Source: an uncultured Acidobacteriota bacterium (GTDB taxonomy: Bacteria > Actinomycetota > Acidimicrobiia > Acidimicrobiales > SHLQ01). From it: a stretch of 64,000 nucleotides of DNA. This document shows, piece by piece, positions 17,018 through 28,206 of the stretch. A model generated the notes under the pieces. It was given only the letters and a program-made list of their open reading frames with translations, had not been told where the DNA came from and ran no database searches. The position numbers were made by a program, and so were the translations under genes. The DNA lies in the NCBI GenBank assembly GCA_963732655.1, contig CAVTAI010000003.1, forward strand, positions 4,940 to 68,939, in the 5' to 3' direction. Position 1 is the stretch's first letter, and each line of letters starts with the position of its first letter.

Positions 17018-17737
17018 ATGATCCACGATCCGACGGTCCCCGTGCTCGAGCTGGTCGGTGTGCGCGCCGGCTACGGCAGCATCGACGTGCTTCACGGCGT
17101 GGAGCTCACGTTGATGCCCGGCCAGGTGCTCGCCCTCCTCGGTCCCAACGGGGCCGGCAAGACGTCGACGCTCGGTGTGTGCTCGGGACAGATCGTGCCC
17201 AGCGCCGGGTCCGTCATGTTGATGGGCAAGGAGGTGAACCGCGTCCGGCCCGATGCCCTGGCCCGAGCGGGAGTCTGTCTGGTGCCCGAGGGTCGGGGCA
17301 TCTTCCCCAACCTCACCGTGGCCGACAACCTGCGCATGTGCACGTTCACCGGTACCTCGTTCAAGGAGGTGCAGGAGCGAGCGTTCGACCTGTTCCCCCG
17401 GCTCGGGGAGCGCCGCGGCCAGCTGGCCGGCACGCTCTCGGGCGGTGAGCAGCAGATGCTCGCCATGTCCCGCGCCCTGGCCACCAGCCCGGCGCTCCTG
17501 ATGCTCGACGAGCTGTCCATGGGGCTGGCGCCGATCATCGTCGAGGAGCTCTACGAGCGGGTGGCCGAGCTGGCCCAATCCGGCCTGTCGATCCTCATCG
17601 TCGAACAGTTTGCCCAGGCGGTTCTCGGCGTCGCCGATGTCGCGGCGATCATGCTCCATGGACGGGTGACGAGAGTCGGACCGCCGGCCGAGATCGCCGA
17701 GGAGCTCACCGCCGCCTACCTCGGCGGCGGGCACTGA
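17018..17737 (+). CDS. LivF-type ABC transporter ATP-binding protein
   Basis: GPNGAGKTS Walker A, LSGGEQQML signature, LMLDELSMGL Walker B. Start taken at ATG 17018. Confidence 0.9.
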   Translation: MIHDPTVPVLELVGVRAGYGSIDVLHGVELTLMPGQVLALLGPNGAGKTSTLGVCSGQIVPSAGSVMLMGKEVNRVRPDALARAGVCLVPEGRGIFPNLTVADNLRMCTFTGTSFKEVQERAFDLFPRLGERRGQLAGTLSGGEQQMLAMSRALATSPALLMLDELSMGLAPIIVEELYERVAELAQSGLSILIVEQFAQAVLGVADVAAIMLHGRVTRVGPPAEIAEELTAAYLGGGH

Positions 17738-17777
17738 TCATGAACGACCGAACCGATTCCAATCAGGGGGACCACCA

Positions 17778-18182
17778 GTGAACGAGATGAACGGCCAGCA
17801 GCGCCTCGATGAGTTCGCCGAGGAGGTGAAGAAGCTCAAAGCCGGCGGAGGTCTGGCCAACGCGGAGCGTACCGGCACGTCGCTGGGCGCCTTCCTCATG
17901 ATCGTCGGCGGCTTCGTCGTGGTGATCCTGAGCTGGGGTAAACGAGGACAACTCGACTTCGGCGATGGTCAGGGCATCAAGGAGATCGTGCAGGCCACCA
18001 ACAACGTGTGGACCGCGTTGTTCGGGATCGGCTTGATCCTGATCGGCCTGGCGTTGTGGATCCGCAACTCGCTGACCCGCTACTTCAGGCACTGGCTGAC
18101 GCGGCTCATCTATGAGGATCGGGCCAACACCGACCGCATCGTCGCCGCGCTCGAAGCGATGCGCAGCGAACAGCGTTCCTGA
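17778..18182 (+). CDS. Small membrane protein (two predicted TM helices), function unknown
   Basis: 134 aa. Hydrophobic stretches LGAFLMIVGGFVVVIL and ALFGIGLILIGLALWI. AGGGGGA upstream of the GTG start. Confidence 0.6.
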   Translation: MNEMNGQQRLDEFAEEVKKLKAGGGLANAERTGTSLGAFLMIVGGFVVVILSWGKRGQLDFGDGQGIKEIVQATNNVWTALFGIGLILIGLALWIRNSLTRYFRHWLTRLIYEDRANTDRIVAALEAMRSEQRS

Positions 18183-18226
18183 CCCCCCCAGGGGGCGGGC
18201 GCCCTGACCGGTCACACCTGTGTGTT

Positions 18227-18280
18227 TCGTTCTGGCAGGGAGATTGCCCGCTCTGCGGTGCAATCTCCCTGCCAGAACGA
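18227..18280. repeat. Palindromic intergenic element, copy 1 (21-bp perfect arms, 12-nt centre)
   Basis: TCGTTCTGGCAGGGAGATTGC (18227..18247) pairs with GCAATCTCCCTGCCAGAACGA (18260..18280). The outer 17 nt, CGTTCTGGCAGGGAGAT, are identical to the element at 51495..51546. Lies between convergent gene ends. Confidence 0.8.
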
Positions 18281-18297
18281 GAGGTGCGGCCGCTTCG

Positions 18298-19338
18298 TCA
18301 GCCGAGGAGCTCGCGCAGCTGGGAGAGCTGGGCTTGGGCGTCGCCGCCCACGGGGGTCACGTTGAGGATGGTGGTGCCGGCTTCGCGGTGGGCGGCGAGC
18401 CGCTCCTTGATGTAACCGACCGGGCCGCACAGACTCACCTTCTCGATGAGCTCGTCGGGCACCGCCGCCGCGGCCTCCTCCTTCTTGCCGTCGAGGTAGA
18501 GGTCCTGGATCTGGCGAGCGGCGTCGGTGAATCCGTAGGCCTGGCACACGTCGTTGTAGAAGTTCTTGCCACGCGAGCCCATGCCCCCGATGTACAGGGC
18601 GGCCATGGGCCGGACGTAGTCGCGGTACCGCTCGGCGCCATCGCCGATGGCGAGGTAGCCGCCAGCGGTGATCTGGAGCGAGCCGAGCTCGGCCGGACGC
18701 CGCGCCAGCCCGGCCTTCAAAGGTTCGCCCCACACGCGAGAGGCCAGCTCGGGCGCGAACAGGAACGGCAGCCACCCCTCGGCGTGAGCGGCGCACACCT
18801 CGACGCTCTTGGGTCCGAGCGAGGCGATGTGGATCGGGATGTTCTCGCGAAGCGGTTTGGTGATCATCTTCAGCGGTTTGCCCTGCCCGGTTCCCTGGTC
18901 CGCCGGGAGCGGGATGGTGAACACGTCACCCTCGTACTCGAGCCGCTCGCGTTTCCAGGCCATCCGGCAGATGTCGATGATCTCGGTGATCCGGGTGAGC
19001 GGCTTGTGGAACGGCAACGCGTGCCAGCCTTCGATGACCTGAGGTCCGCTGGCCCCGAGTCCGAGGACGAAGCGGCCGCCGGACAGCGCGTCGAGCGCGG
19101 CGGCGGTCTGGGCGATGAGGGCGGGGGTACGGGAGAACGCCGGCAGGATGCCCGAGGCGAGCTCGGCTCGGCTCGTGACGGCGGCCAGGTATCCGAGCAG
19201 GGAGACGGCGTCGTACCCGTAGGCCTCGGCGACCCAGATCATGTCGACCCCGGCGTCCTCCAGCGTCTTGGCCTGGGCGGCAGTGGTCTGGAGGTCCTTG
19301 GCGTAGTCGAGCTGGGTGCTGAGCTTCATGGACGCCAT
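18298..19338 (-). CDS. LLM-class (luciferase-like) F420-dependent oxidoreductase
   Basis: The pattern MKLSTQLDY...VWVAEAYGYDAVS...GRFVLGLGASGPQVIEGWHA is typical of the family. The start is uncertain: TTG 19368 overlapping the MFS stop, ATG 19338, or ATG 19329. Confidence 0.85.
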   Translation of the reverse strand: MASMKLSTQLDYAKDLQTTAAQAKTLEDAGVDMIWVAEAYGYDAVSLLGYLAAVTSRAELASGILPAFSRTPALIAQTAAALDALSGGRFVLGLGASGPQVIEGWHALPFHKPLTRITEIIDICRMAWKRERLEYEGDVFTIPLPADQGTGQGKPLKMITKPLRENIPIHIASLGPKSVEVCAAHAEGWLPFLFAPELASRVWGEPLKAGLARRPAELGSLQITAGGYLAIGDGAERYRDYVRPMAALYIGGMGSRGKNFYNDVCQAYGFTDAARQIQDLYLDGKKEEAAAAVPDELIEKVSLCGPVGYIKERLAAHREAGTTILNVTPVGGDAQAQLSQLRELLG

Positions 19339-19364
19339 TGTCGCCGAATTCGCCGGAGATGTCG

Positions 19365-20933
19365 TCAACCAGGTCGCTCGGTGGAGCCCGCGGGGGCGGC
19401 GTCGCCGGTCGGGGTGGCGGTCGGCGTGAAGGTCATCGGCTTGTCGTCGGCGGGCCAGAACCGTCGGGTCACCAACGATGTCAGGAGGGCGACGCCCGCA
19501 GACGCCAAGAAGGCGATGCGCATACCGTCGGCGAACGCGTCGCTGGCTCGGGCGAACAGGGCGGTACCGTCGGGCCCGGCCATGTTTCGCGTGACGGCGA
19601 ACGCGCCCTGAATGCCGTCGCGCACGGTCTCGGCCGCATCGGGCGGAAGCGAGTCGACGGCGTCGCCGAGACCGTTCCTGTACCCGGTCGACACGAGGCT
19701 GCCCATCAACGCGATGCCGATCGCGCCGCCGACTTCGCGACTGGTGTCGTTGACCGCCGAACCCACGCCGGCCTTGTGGGGAGGAAGTGCGGACATGATC
19801 GCCGTGGTCGCGGTCGGCGACATGAGCGCCATACCTCCGGCGGCGAGCACCATGCCGATGACGAGGAGGAGGTAGTGGGTCTCAGGCCGCATGAAGGACA
19901 ACCAGACGAACGCGACGGCGGCGACCGTCTGGCCCAACGCCACGATCTCCCGGTTGCCGATGCGGGCCGCCAAGAGCGGGCCGCGGGGAGCGACCATGAT
20001 CATGGTCGCGGGGAACGGCAGGATCTTGACCGCCGCCATGAGAGGCGTGTCGCCGCGCACGAACTGGAAGTACAGCGTCAATCCGAAGAAGGCGCCGAAC
20101 ATGACCAGGAAGGCGTTGGTGATCGTGAGCGACCCCAAGGCGAACTTGCGATTCTTGAAGTTCCGGGGATCGAGCATCGGGTGGGTGGCTCGCAGTTCGA
20201 ACAGCACGAACCCGATGAGGGCGACAGCGGCCAGCGCGAACGCGCCGAGAACGACGCCGCTCGTCCAGCCCTTCTCCGGCCCCTCGATGATGCCGAAGAC
20301 CAGCGAGGTGAAGCCGACGATCGACAGCGCGGCACCCACGAGGTCGAGCGGTCGACCCTCGTCGTCGCGCGATGACGGCACGAACAGGAGGATCGGCACG
20401 GCGGCGATCAGCACCAGCGGCACGTTGACGAAGAAGATCGATCCCCACCAGAACCAACGCAACAACAAACCTGATGCGAGCGCGCCGAGCGCGCCACCGG
20501 CGCCGGCGAACCCGGCCCACAGGGCGATGGCCTTGGCCCGTTCCTCCGGAGGAAACACGACCGTGATCGTGGACAGCGTTGCCGGCATGATCAGCGCCGC
20601 ACCGACACCCATGCTGGCGCGGAGGGCGATGAGCTGATTGGGGCTGTCGCTCATCGAAGCGGCCACCGCAGCGGCGGCGAAGATGAGCAGGCCGATGAGC
20701 AGCGCGCCCTTGCGGCCGTAGCGGTCGCCGAGGGCGCCGGCCGGGAGGAGGAGCCCCGCGAACACCAAGGCGTAGGCATCGATGATCCACAACGTCTGGG
20801 TCTGGCTCGGCTCGATCGCCTTCTGGATCGCCGGGATGCCGTTGTTCAATGCGGACACGCTGGCCACGATCAACACCAGGCATGTGCACATGATGCCGAG
20901 GATGAACCAGCGGCGAGGGTGGGGCTCCGTCAC
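19365..20933 (-). CDS. MFS transporter, DHA2 (EmrB/QacA-like, 14-TM) drug:H+ antiporter family
   Basis: 522 aa, hydrophobic throughout, with the MFS motif [14 protein letters not shown] after TM2. Confidence 0.9.
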   Translation of the reverse strand: MTEPHPRRWFILGIMCTCLVLIVASVSALNNGIPAIQKAIEPSQTQTLWIIDAYALVFAGLLLPAGALGDRYGRKGALLIGLLIFAAAAVAASMSDSPNQLIALRASMGVGAALIMPATLSTITVVFPPEERAKAIALWAGFAGAGGALGALASGLLLRWFWWGSIFFVNVPLVLIAAVPILLFVPSSRDDEGRPLDLVGAALSIVGFTSLVFGIIEGPEKGWTSGVVLGAFALAAVALIGFVLFELRATHPMLDPRNFKNRKFALGSLTITNAFLVMFGAFFGLTLYFQFVRGDTPLMAAVKILPFPATMIMVAPRGPLLAARIGNREIVALGQTVAAVAFVWLSFMRPETHYLLLVIGMVLAAGGMALMSPTATTAIMSALPPHKAGVGSAVNDTSREVGGAIGIALMGSLVSTGYRNGLGDAVDSLPPDAAETVRDGIQGAFAVTRNMAGPDGTALFARASDAFADGMRIAFLASAGVALLTSLVTRRFWPADDKPMTFTPTATPTGDAAPAGSTERPG

Positions 20934-21086
20934 CTCCGCACCCTACCGGACCGTCGATCGGCCAGAGACCGGCGTAGCTGCCGATGGTGTTCACCGTGTC
21001 GTAGCCGTCCGGTAACGACACATGCACCTTCGGGCGGCTGTGGGACGCCTACGATTGAGTTCATCGCCCGTCCCGTCGCGACCTAC

Positions 21087-22352
21087 GTGCTCGACACCTC
21101 TGTGTTGCTGAGTGATCCGCGGGCGCTCGGGGGATTCGGACACCATCACGTGGCGGTGCCGCTGGTGGTTCTCACCGAGCTGGAGGCCAAACGTCACCAT
21201 CCGGAGCTGGGTTGGGCGGCGCGGGCCACGCTACGCGAGCTCGAGGAGCTGCGCCTGAAACACACCTCGCTGGTGGAGCCCATGATCGTCACCGATCAAG
21301 GTGGCACCTTGTGGGTCGAGGTGAACCACGAGGATCGGTCCTTCCTGCCTCCTCCCTTTCGGGCGGACACGAACGACAACCGGATCCTCGCCGTCGCGGT
21401 TGCGCTGCAACGCGACGGACGCAACGTGGTCCTGGTCAGCAAGGACCTGCCGCTCCGGTTGAAGGCCTCGATCGTCGGCTTGGACGCCGAGGAGTACCGC
21501 GACGACCGAGTCATCGAGATGGGCTGGCGGGGCGTGGTCGAGCAGGCGGTGACCTCGGCGGACATCGATCGTCTGTACAACGAGGGTGAGATCGACCTCG
21601 AAGCGGCACGGGACCTGCCGTGCAACACCGGCATCATCTTGGCGGCCGGGTCGCAGTCGGCACTGGGCCGCGTGCGCGCCGACGGTCTGGTGCACCTCGT
21701 GCCAGCCGATCGCTCCATCTTCGACGTGCGCGGGCGTTCCGCTGAGCAGCGCTTGGCGATGGATCTGCTGGCCGACCCCACGGTCGGCATCGTCTCCCTC
21801 GGCGGTCCGGCGGGCACGGGCAAGAGTGTCCTCGCCTTGGCCGCCGGTCTCGACTGGGTCCTCGAGCGGCGCGCTCACCGTCGGGTCATCGTCTTCCGTC
21901 CGCTGTTCGCGGTCGGCGGGCAAGATCTCGGATTCCTCCCCGGTTCGGAGTCGGAGAAGATGTCGCCGTGGGCGGCCGCCGTCGCCGACGCCCTGGAATC
22001 GATCGCTGGTCCATCGGTGGTCGAGCACATTCGCAGCCACCACCTGCTCGAGGTGTTGCCACTCACCCACATCCGGGGGCGGAGCCTGGTCGACACATTC
22101 GTGATCATCGACGAAGCGCAGAACCTCGAGCGCAACGTGCTGCTCAGCGCGCTGTCCCGGCTCGGCGCCGGGAGCCGCGTGGTGTTGACCCACGACGTCG
22201 CCCAACGGGACAACCTCCGAGTCGGTCGCCACGATGGCATCGCCTCGGTGATCGAGACCCTGCGCGGCCATTCGATCTTCGGTCACGTCACGCTGCGTCG
22301 CGCCGAGCGCAGCGAGATCGCCGCCCTCGTCACCAGCGTCCTCGACACCTGA
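21087..22352 (+). CDS. PhoH2-type protein: N-terminal PIN domain fused to a PhoH-like ATPase
   Basis: [12 protein letters not shown] (PIN acidic motif), GPAGTGKS Walker A, VIIDEAQN Walker B. The start is uncertain. The track's ATG at 20919 adds about 56 codons with poor third-position bias and overlaps the MFS gene start. GTG 21087 is the first plausible in-frame start. Confidence 0.85.
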   Translation: MLDTSVLLSDPRALGGFGHHHVAVPLVVLTELEAKRHHPELGWAARATLRELEELRLKHTSLVEPMIVTDQGGTLWVEVNHEDRSFLPPPFRADTNDNRILAVAVALQRDGRNVVLVSKDLPLRLKASIVGLDAEEYRDDRVIEMGWRGVVEQAVTSADIDRLYNEGEIDLEAARDLPCNTGIILAAGSQSALGRVRADGLVHLVPADRSIFDVRGRSAEQRLAMDLLADPTVGIVSLGGPAGTGKSVLALAAGLDWVLERRAHRRVIVFRPLFAVGGQDLGFLPGSESEKMSPWAAAVADALESIAGPSVVEHIRSHHLLEVLPLTHIRGRSLVDTFVIIDEAQNLERNVLLSALSRLGAGSRVVLTHDVAQRDNLRVGRHDGIASVIETLRGHSIFGHVTLRRAERSEIAALVTSVLDT

Positions 22353-22372
22353 CCATCGCAAACACCTCCCCG

Positions 22373-22426
22373 TCGAACTGGGAGACCAACCCGTCGCCCA
22401 CGCGACCACCGTGTCTCCCAGTTCGA
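22373..22426 (+). terminator. Long stem-loop downstream of the PhoH2 gene (14-bp arms, 26-nt loop)
   Basis: TCGAACTGGGAGAC (22373..22386) pairs with GTCTCCCAGTTCGA (22413..22426). No U tract. The arm sequence loosely resembles the 18227/51495 element (CTGG..GGAGA). Confidence 0.5.
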
Positions 22427-22430
22427 GGTT

Positions 22431-22494
22431 GGGGGGCCGCGGGGCAGGTGGGGCGGGCCGGGGGGGCGGTGGGGCACCGGGGAAGGTGCTGGGG
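22431..22494 (+). other. Dense G-run tract (potential G-quadruplex) on the coding strand upstream of mutA
   Basis: At least eight runs of 3 or more G within 64 nt: GGGGGGccgcGGGGcaggtGGGGcGGGccGGGGGGGcggtGGGGcaccGGGGaaggtgctGGGG. Confidence 0.5.
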
Positions 22495-22519
22495 AGCGTG
22501 ACGCCGTACGATCGGCCTC

Positions 22520-24402
22520 ATGACTCTCGCCGACGACCAACCTCTCGTTGAGGAATTGGCCCTGGGGGCCGAGTTCCCGCCGGTCACCCACGATGACTGG
22601 CTGAGCCAGGTCGATGGGGTCCTGAAGGGCAAGCCGTTCTCGACGTTGGTGAGCACGACCCGTGACGGCATCGAGATCCAACCGCTGTACACGCCCGACA
22701 ACGGATCGTCGATGCCGGCCGGGTTCCCGGGGCGGGCGCCTCACACCCGGGGGTCGTCGGCTCGCGGCGCCCTCTCCGGATGGGACGTCCGCCAACACCA
22801 CGTCGTGACCGATCCCGCGTCCGCCAACGCCGCGTTCCTCGATGAACTCGGTCGCGGCGGGACGTCGCTCTTCTGTCGCTTCGACGACCCCGCGCACGTG
22901 GCGCCGGCACTTCACGACGTGCTCCTCGACATCGCGGTGGTCGCGCTCGACGCGGGCCCGGTGCAGGATTCCGTCGCCGCCGCCTTCTTGGACGCTGCCG
23001 CGGCGAGCGGGGCCCCGCCGTCCACGCTGCTGGGGTCGCTCCGACTCGACCCGATCGGAGTCCTGGCCCGGCATGGGGCGCTCGCCGAGACGTCCGACAT
23101 GGCCGTCGGTCGGGCCGCCCGCACGGCAGCCGAGGTCGCCGACCGCTTCCCGAGGATGCGCTCGCTGGCGGTCGACGCCACCGTCTGGGCCGACGGCGGG
23201 GCAACCGAGGCCGACGAGCTGGCCGGGGCACTCTCGGTGGGCGTGGCCTATCTCCGGGCTCTGACCGACGCCGGTCTGGATCTCGCCCCCGCCTTGGGTC
23301 AGATCGAGTTCACCTATTCGGCGACGGCCGATCAGTTCCTGACGATCGCCAAACTCCGGGCCGCTCGGCGCCTGTGGTCACGGGTCGCCGAGGCTTGCGG
23401 CGCGGCGCCGGACCTTCAGGGTCAGTACCAGCACGCGGTCACCTCGGGCGTCATGTTGAGCCGCCGCGATCCGTGGGTGAACCTGCTCCGGTCGACCGTG
23501 GCCTGCTTCTCGGCGGGGGTTGGTGGGGCGGACTCGGTCACGGTCAATCCCCACGACGGCGCCATCGGACTCTCCGACGATCAGGCCCGGCGCATCGCCC
23601 GCAACACCCAACTCCTGTTGCTCGAGGAGTCGCACCTGGCTCAGGTCATCGACCCGGCCGGAGGAGCCCACGCGACCGAGGCGTTGACCGACCAACTCTG
23701 CCGCGTGGCTTGGACGAGGTTCCAGGACCTGGAACGTGCCGGAGGCATGGCCGCGGTGCTGGCGTCCGGCGACGCCAAACGCCATCTCGACGCACGGTGG
23801 GAGTCCCGGCGCATCGACCTGGCGCGTCGCAAGGAGCCGCTCACCGGGGTGAGCGAGTTCCCCGACATCCATGAAACGCCCGTGGCCCGCCGTCCGGTCC
23901 CGGCCCGACCCCGAGTTGCCGCCCCGGCCATCACCATCGACCCGATCCCGCGGCGCCGGCTGGCCGAGCCCTTCGAGGAGCTCCGCGACGCTGCCGATGC
24001 CGCCCCCGGAGGCCGGCCCCAGGTCTTCCTGGCCAACCTCGGCACGCCCGCCGACCACACGACCCGATCGACCTGGACGAAGAACCTGTTCGAGGCCGGG
24101 GGTATCGAGGCGAGGGGCAACGACGGCTTTGCGGACATCGACACCCTGGTTCAGGCGTTCTCCGCATCCGGCGCTCGGGTCGCCGTGATCTGCTCGTCGG
24201 ACGCCGTGTACGCAGAGTCCGCGACGGCGGCGGCTTCTGCCTTGCGAGCGGGGGGTGCCGCCCGCATCTACCTCGCCGGACGGCCCGGCGATCTCGAGAA
24301 CGGCCTGCGGGACGCGGGCGTGGACGAGTTCGTGTTCGCCGGCGGCGATGTCGTCGAGGTTCTTCGACGAGTCCACTCCACCCTTGGACTGCGGGAGGCA
24401 TC

Positions 24403-24406
<4 letters not shown>
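22520..24406 (+). CDS. mutA: Methylmalonyl-CoA mutase small (beta) subunit
   Basis: 628 aa. Family-typical N-terminus (...[32 protein letters not shown]). ATGA overlap with the large-subunit gene. Confidence 0.88.
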
Positions 24407-26571
<2,165 letters not shown>

Positions 26572-26575
26572 CGAC

Positions 26576-28128
26576 ATGGCCGCACCGGATCAGCCGCCCG
26601 ACCTGCTGGCCATCTACGCGCAGGTCAGCGCCGACAAACCGGCGGTGATCGACGATCGACCGGACGGCACGATCAGGCACATCACGTTCGCCGAGCTGAA
26701 CACCGAGGTCAACCGGTTGGCCGACAGCCTGCTGGCCCGGGGTCTCTCGCCCGGCGATCGGGTGGCGTGGTGCGGCAAGAACTCCATCGAGGTGATCATC
26801 TGGATGGACGCCTGCCGCAAGGCGAAGCTCGTGGCGGTCCCCGTCGGCTACCGCCTCACCGCCGAGGAGGCGGCCTACGTGGTGGCCGATTCCGACGCTC
26901 GGATCTGCCTGGTCGACGCCGAGCACGCCGCCCTGTTCGCCTCCTTCACCGGTGAGCTCCCCGGCGTCGATGCGGTCGTGACCTTCGCCGGCGAAGCGCT
27001 GGACGGCCAGGTCGCCCACGCCGATTTCGTGCGTTCCGCCTCGGCCGAGGAACCAGTCGGCCCCGATGCGGCGGTCGGGACGATGATCTACACCTCGGGC
27101 ACGACCGGCAAACCCAAAGGAGCGGTGCGCCGCAAGGGCGCAGATCCGGTCCTGGCCGCGTCACTCATATCCGAGTGGCAATGCAGCCCTGACGACATCC
27201 ACCTGACCTGCGGGCCGCTCTACCATTCCGGCCCGATGATGCTGGCCGGGGTCGGCCACGCCCTTGGCTGCACGCTGGTGGTGCAACGCAACTTCGACCC
27301 CGAGGACTGGTTGCGTCTGATCGACACGTACCGGGTCACCGCGACGTTCGCCGCCCCGACCCCGATCCGCATGGTCGTCAACCTGCCACCTGAGGTGAAG
27401 GTGCGGTACGACCGCGCCTCGATGCGGCTGATGCTGGCCAACGCCGCGCCCTGGCCACAGGCGCTCAAGAAGGCCTACCTGGCGGACTTCCCGGTCGATT
27501 CGTTGTGGGAGATCTACGGGGCGACCGAGCTCGGCGTCTGTGCCCTGCTCCGGCCCGAGCACCAGCTCGCCAAACCGGGGTCGTGTGGCCAGCCCGCTCC
27601 GTACGTCGAGGTCATGCTCCTCGATGACGACGGCCGCGAGGTCACCACCCGGGCCAGCCCGGTGAGCTCTTCGTCCGCAACGCCAACGTCCTCGACGAGT
27701 ATCACAAGGCGTTCGAGAAGTGGTCGGAGGACCACCGAGACGGCGGATGGCACACCGTGGGCGATGTCGCCTACCGGGACGACGAGGGATTCCTCTACAT
27801 CTGCGACCGCAAGAAGGACATGATCATCAGCGGCGGGGTCAACATCTACCCGGCGGAGATCGAGGCCGTTCTCGAACACGACCCCCGGATCTTCGAAGCA
27901 GCGGTGATCGGCGTGCCGTCGGAAGAATGGGGCGAATCGGTTCACGCCATCGTCGTCGCTCGGTCTGACGACCTGACGGAAGCTGATGTCATCGCCTTTG
28001 CCCGAGAACACCTTGCCGGGTTCAAAGTGCCCCGTTCGGTGTCGTTCACGCCCGAGATCCCCAAGACGGGAACGGGCAAGATCCTCAAGCGGGAGCTACG
28101 TCAGCGGATGGTCGACGACCAGTTCTGA
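26576..28128 (+). pseudogene. AMP-dependent acyl-CoA synthetase/ligase, interrupted by a 1-nt frameshift near 27648..27653
   Basis: Frame 2 carries the MIYTSGTTGKPKGA AMP-binding motif through ...LLDDDGREVTT. Frame 1 then continues GQPGELFVRNANVLDEYHK...WHTVGDVAYRDDEGFLYICDRKKDMIISGGVNIYPAEIE...TGTGKILKRELR. The track shows the two pieces as 26576..27823 and 27757..28128. Confidence 0.85.
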
Positions 28129-28206
28129 GGCGTCCCGAGGAGCCTGAGCCCGCCGGACGGTGGGTCGGTTGGCTCGACTTGCTAAAGCCCGCCGTCGTCT
28201 GGCCGA

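Noticed and set aside
16248-17021. 257-aa ORF in a third frame across the livG region, which could be mistaken for the real product given the frameshift
   Set aside because: The translation is Arg/Gly/Pro-rich with no ABC motifs. The Walker A, signature and Walker B motifs lie in the 16318..16968 frame.
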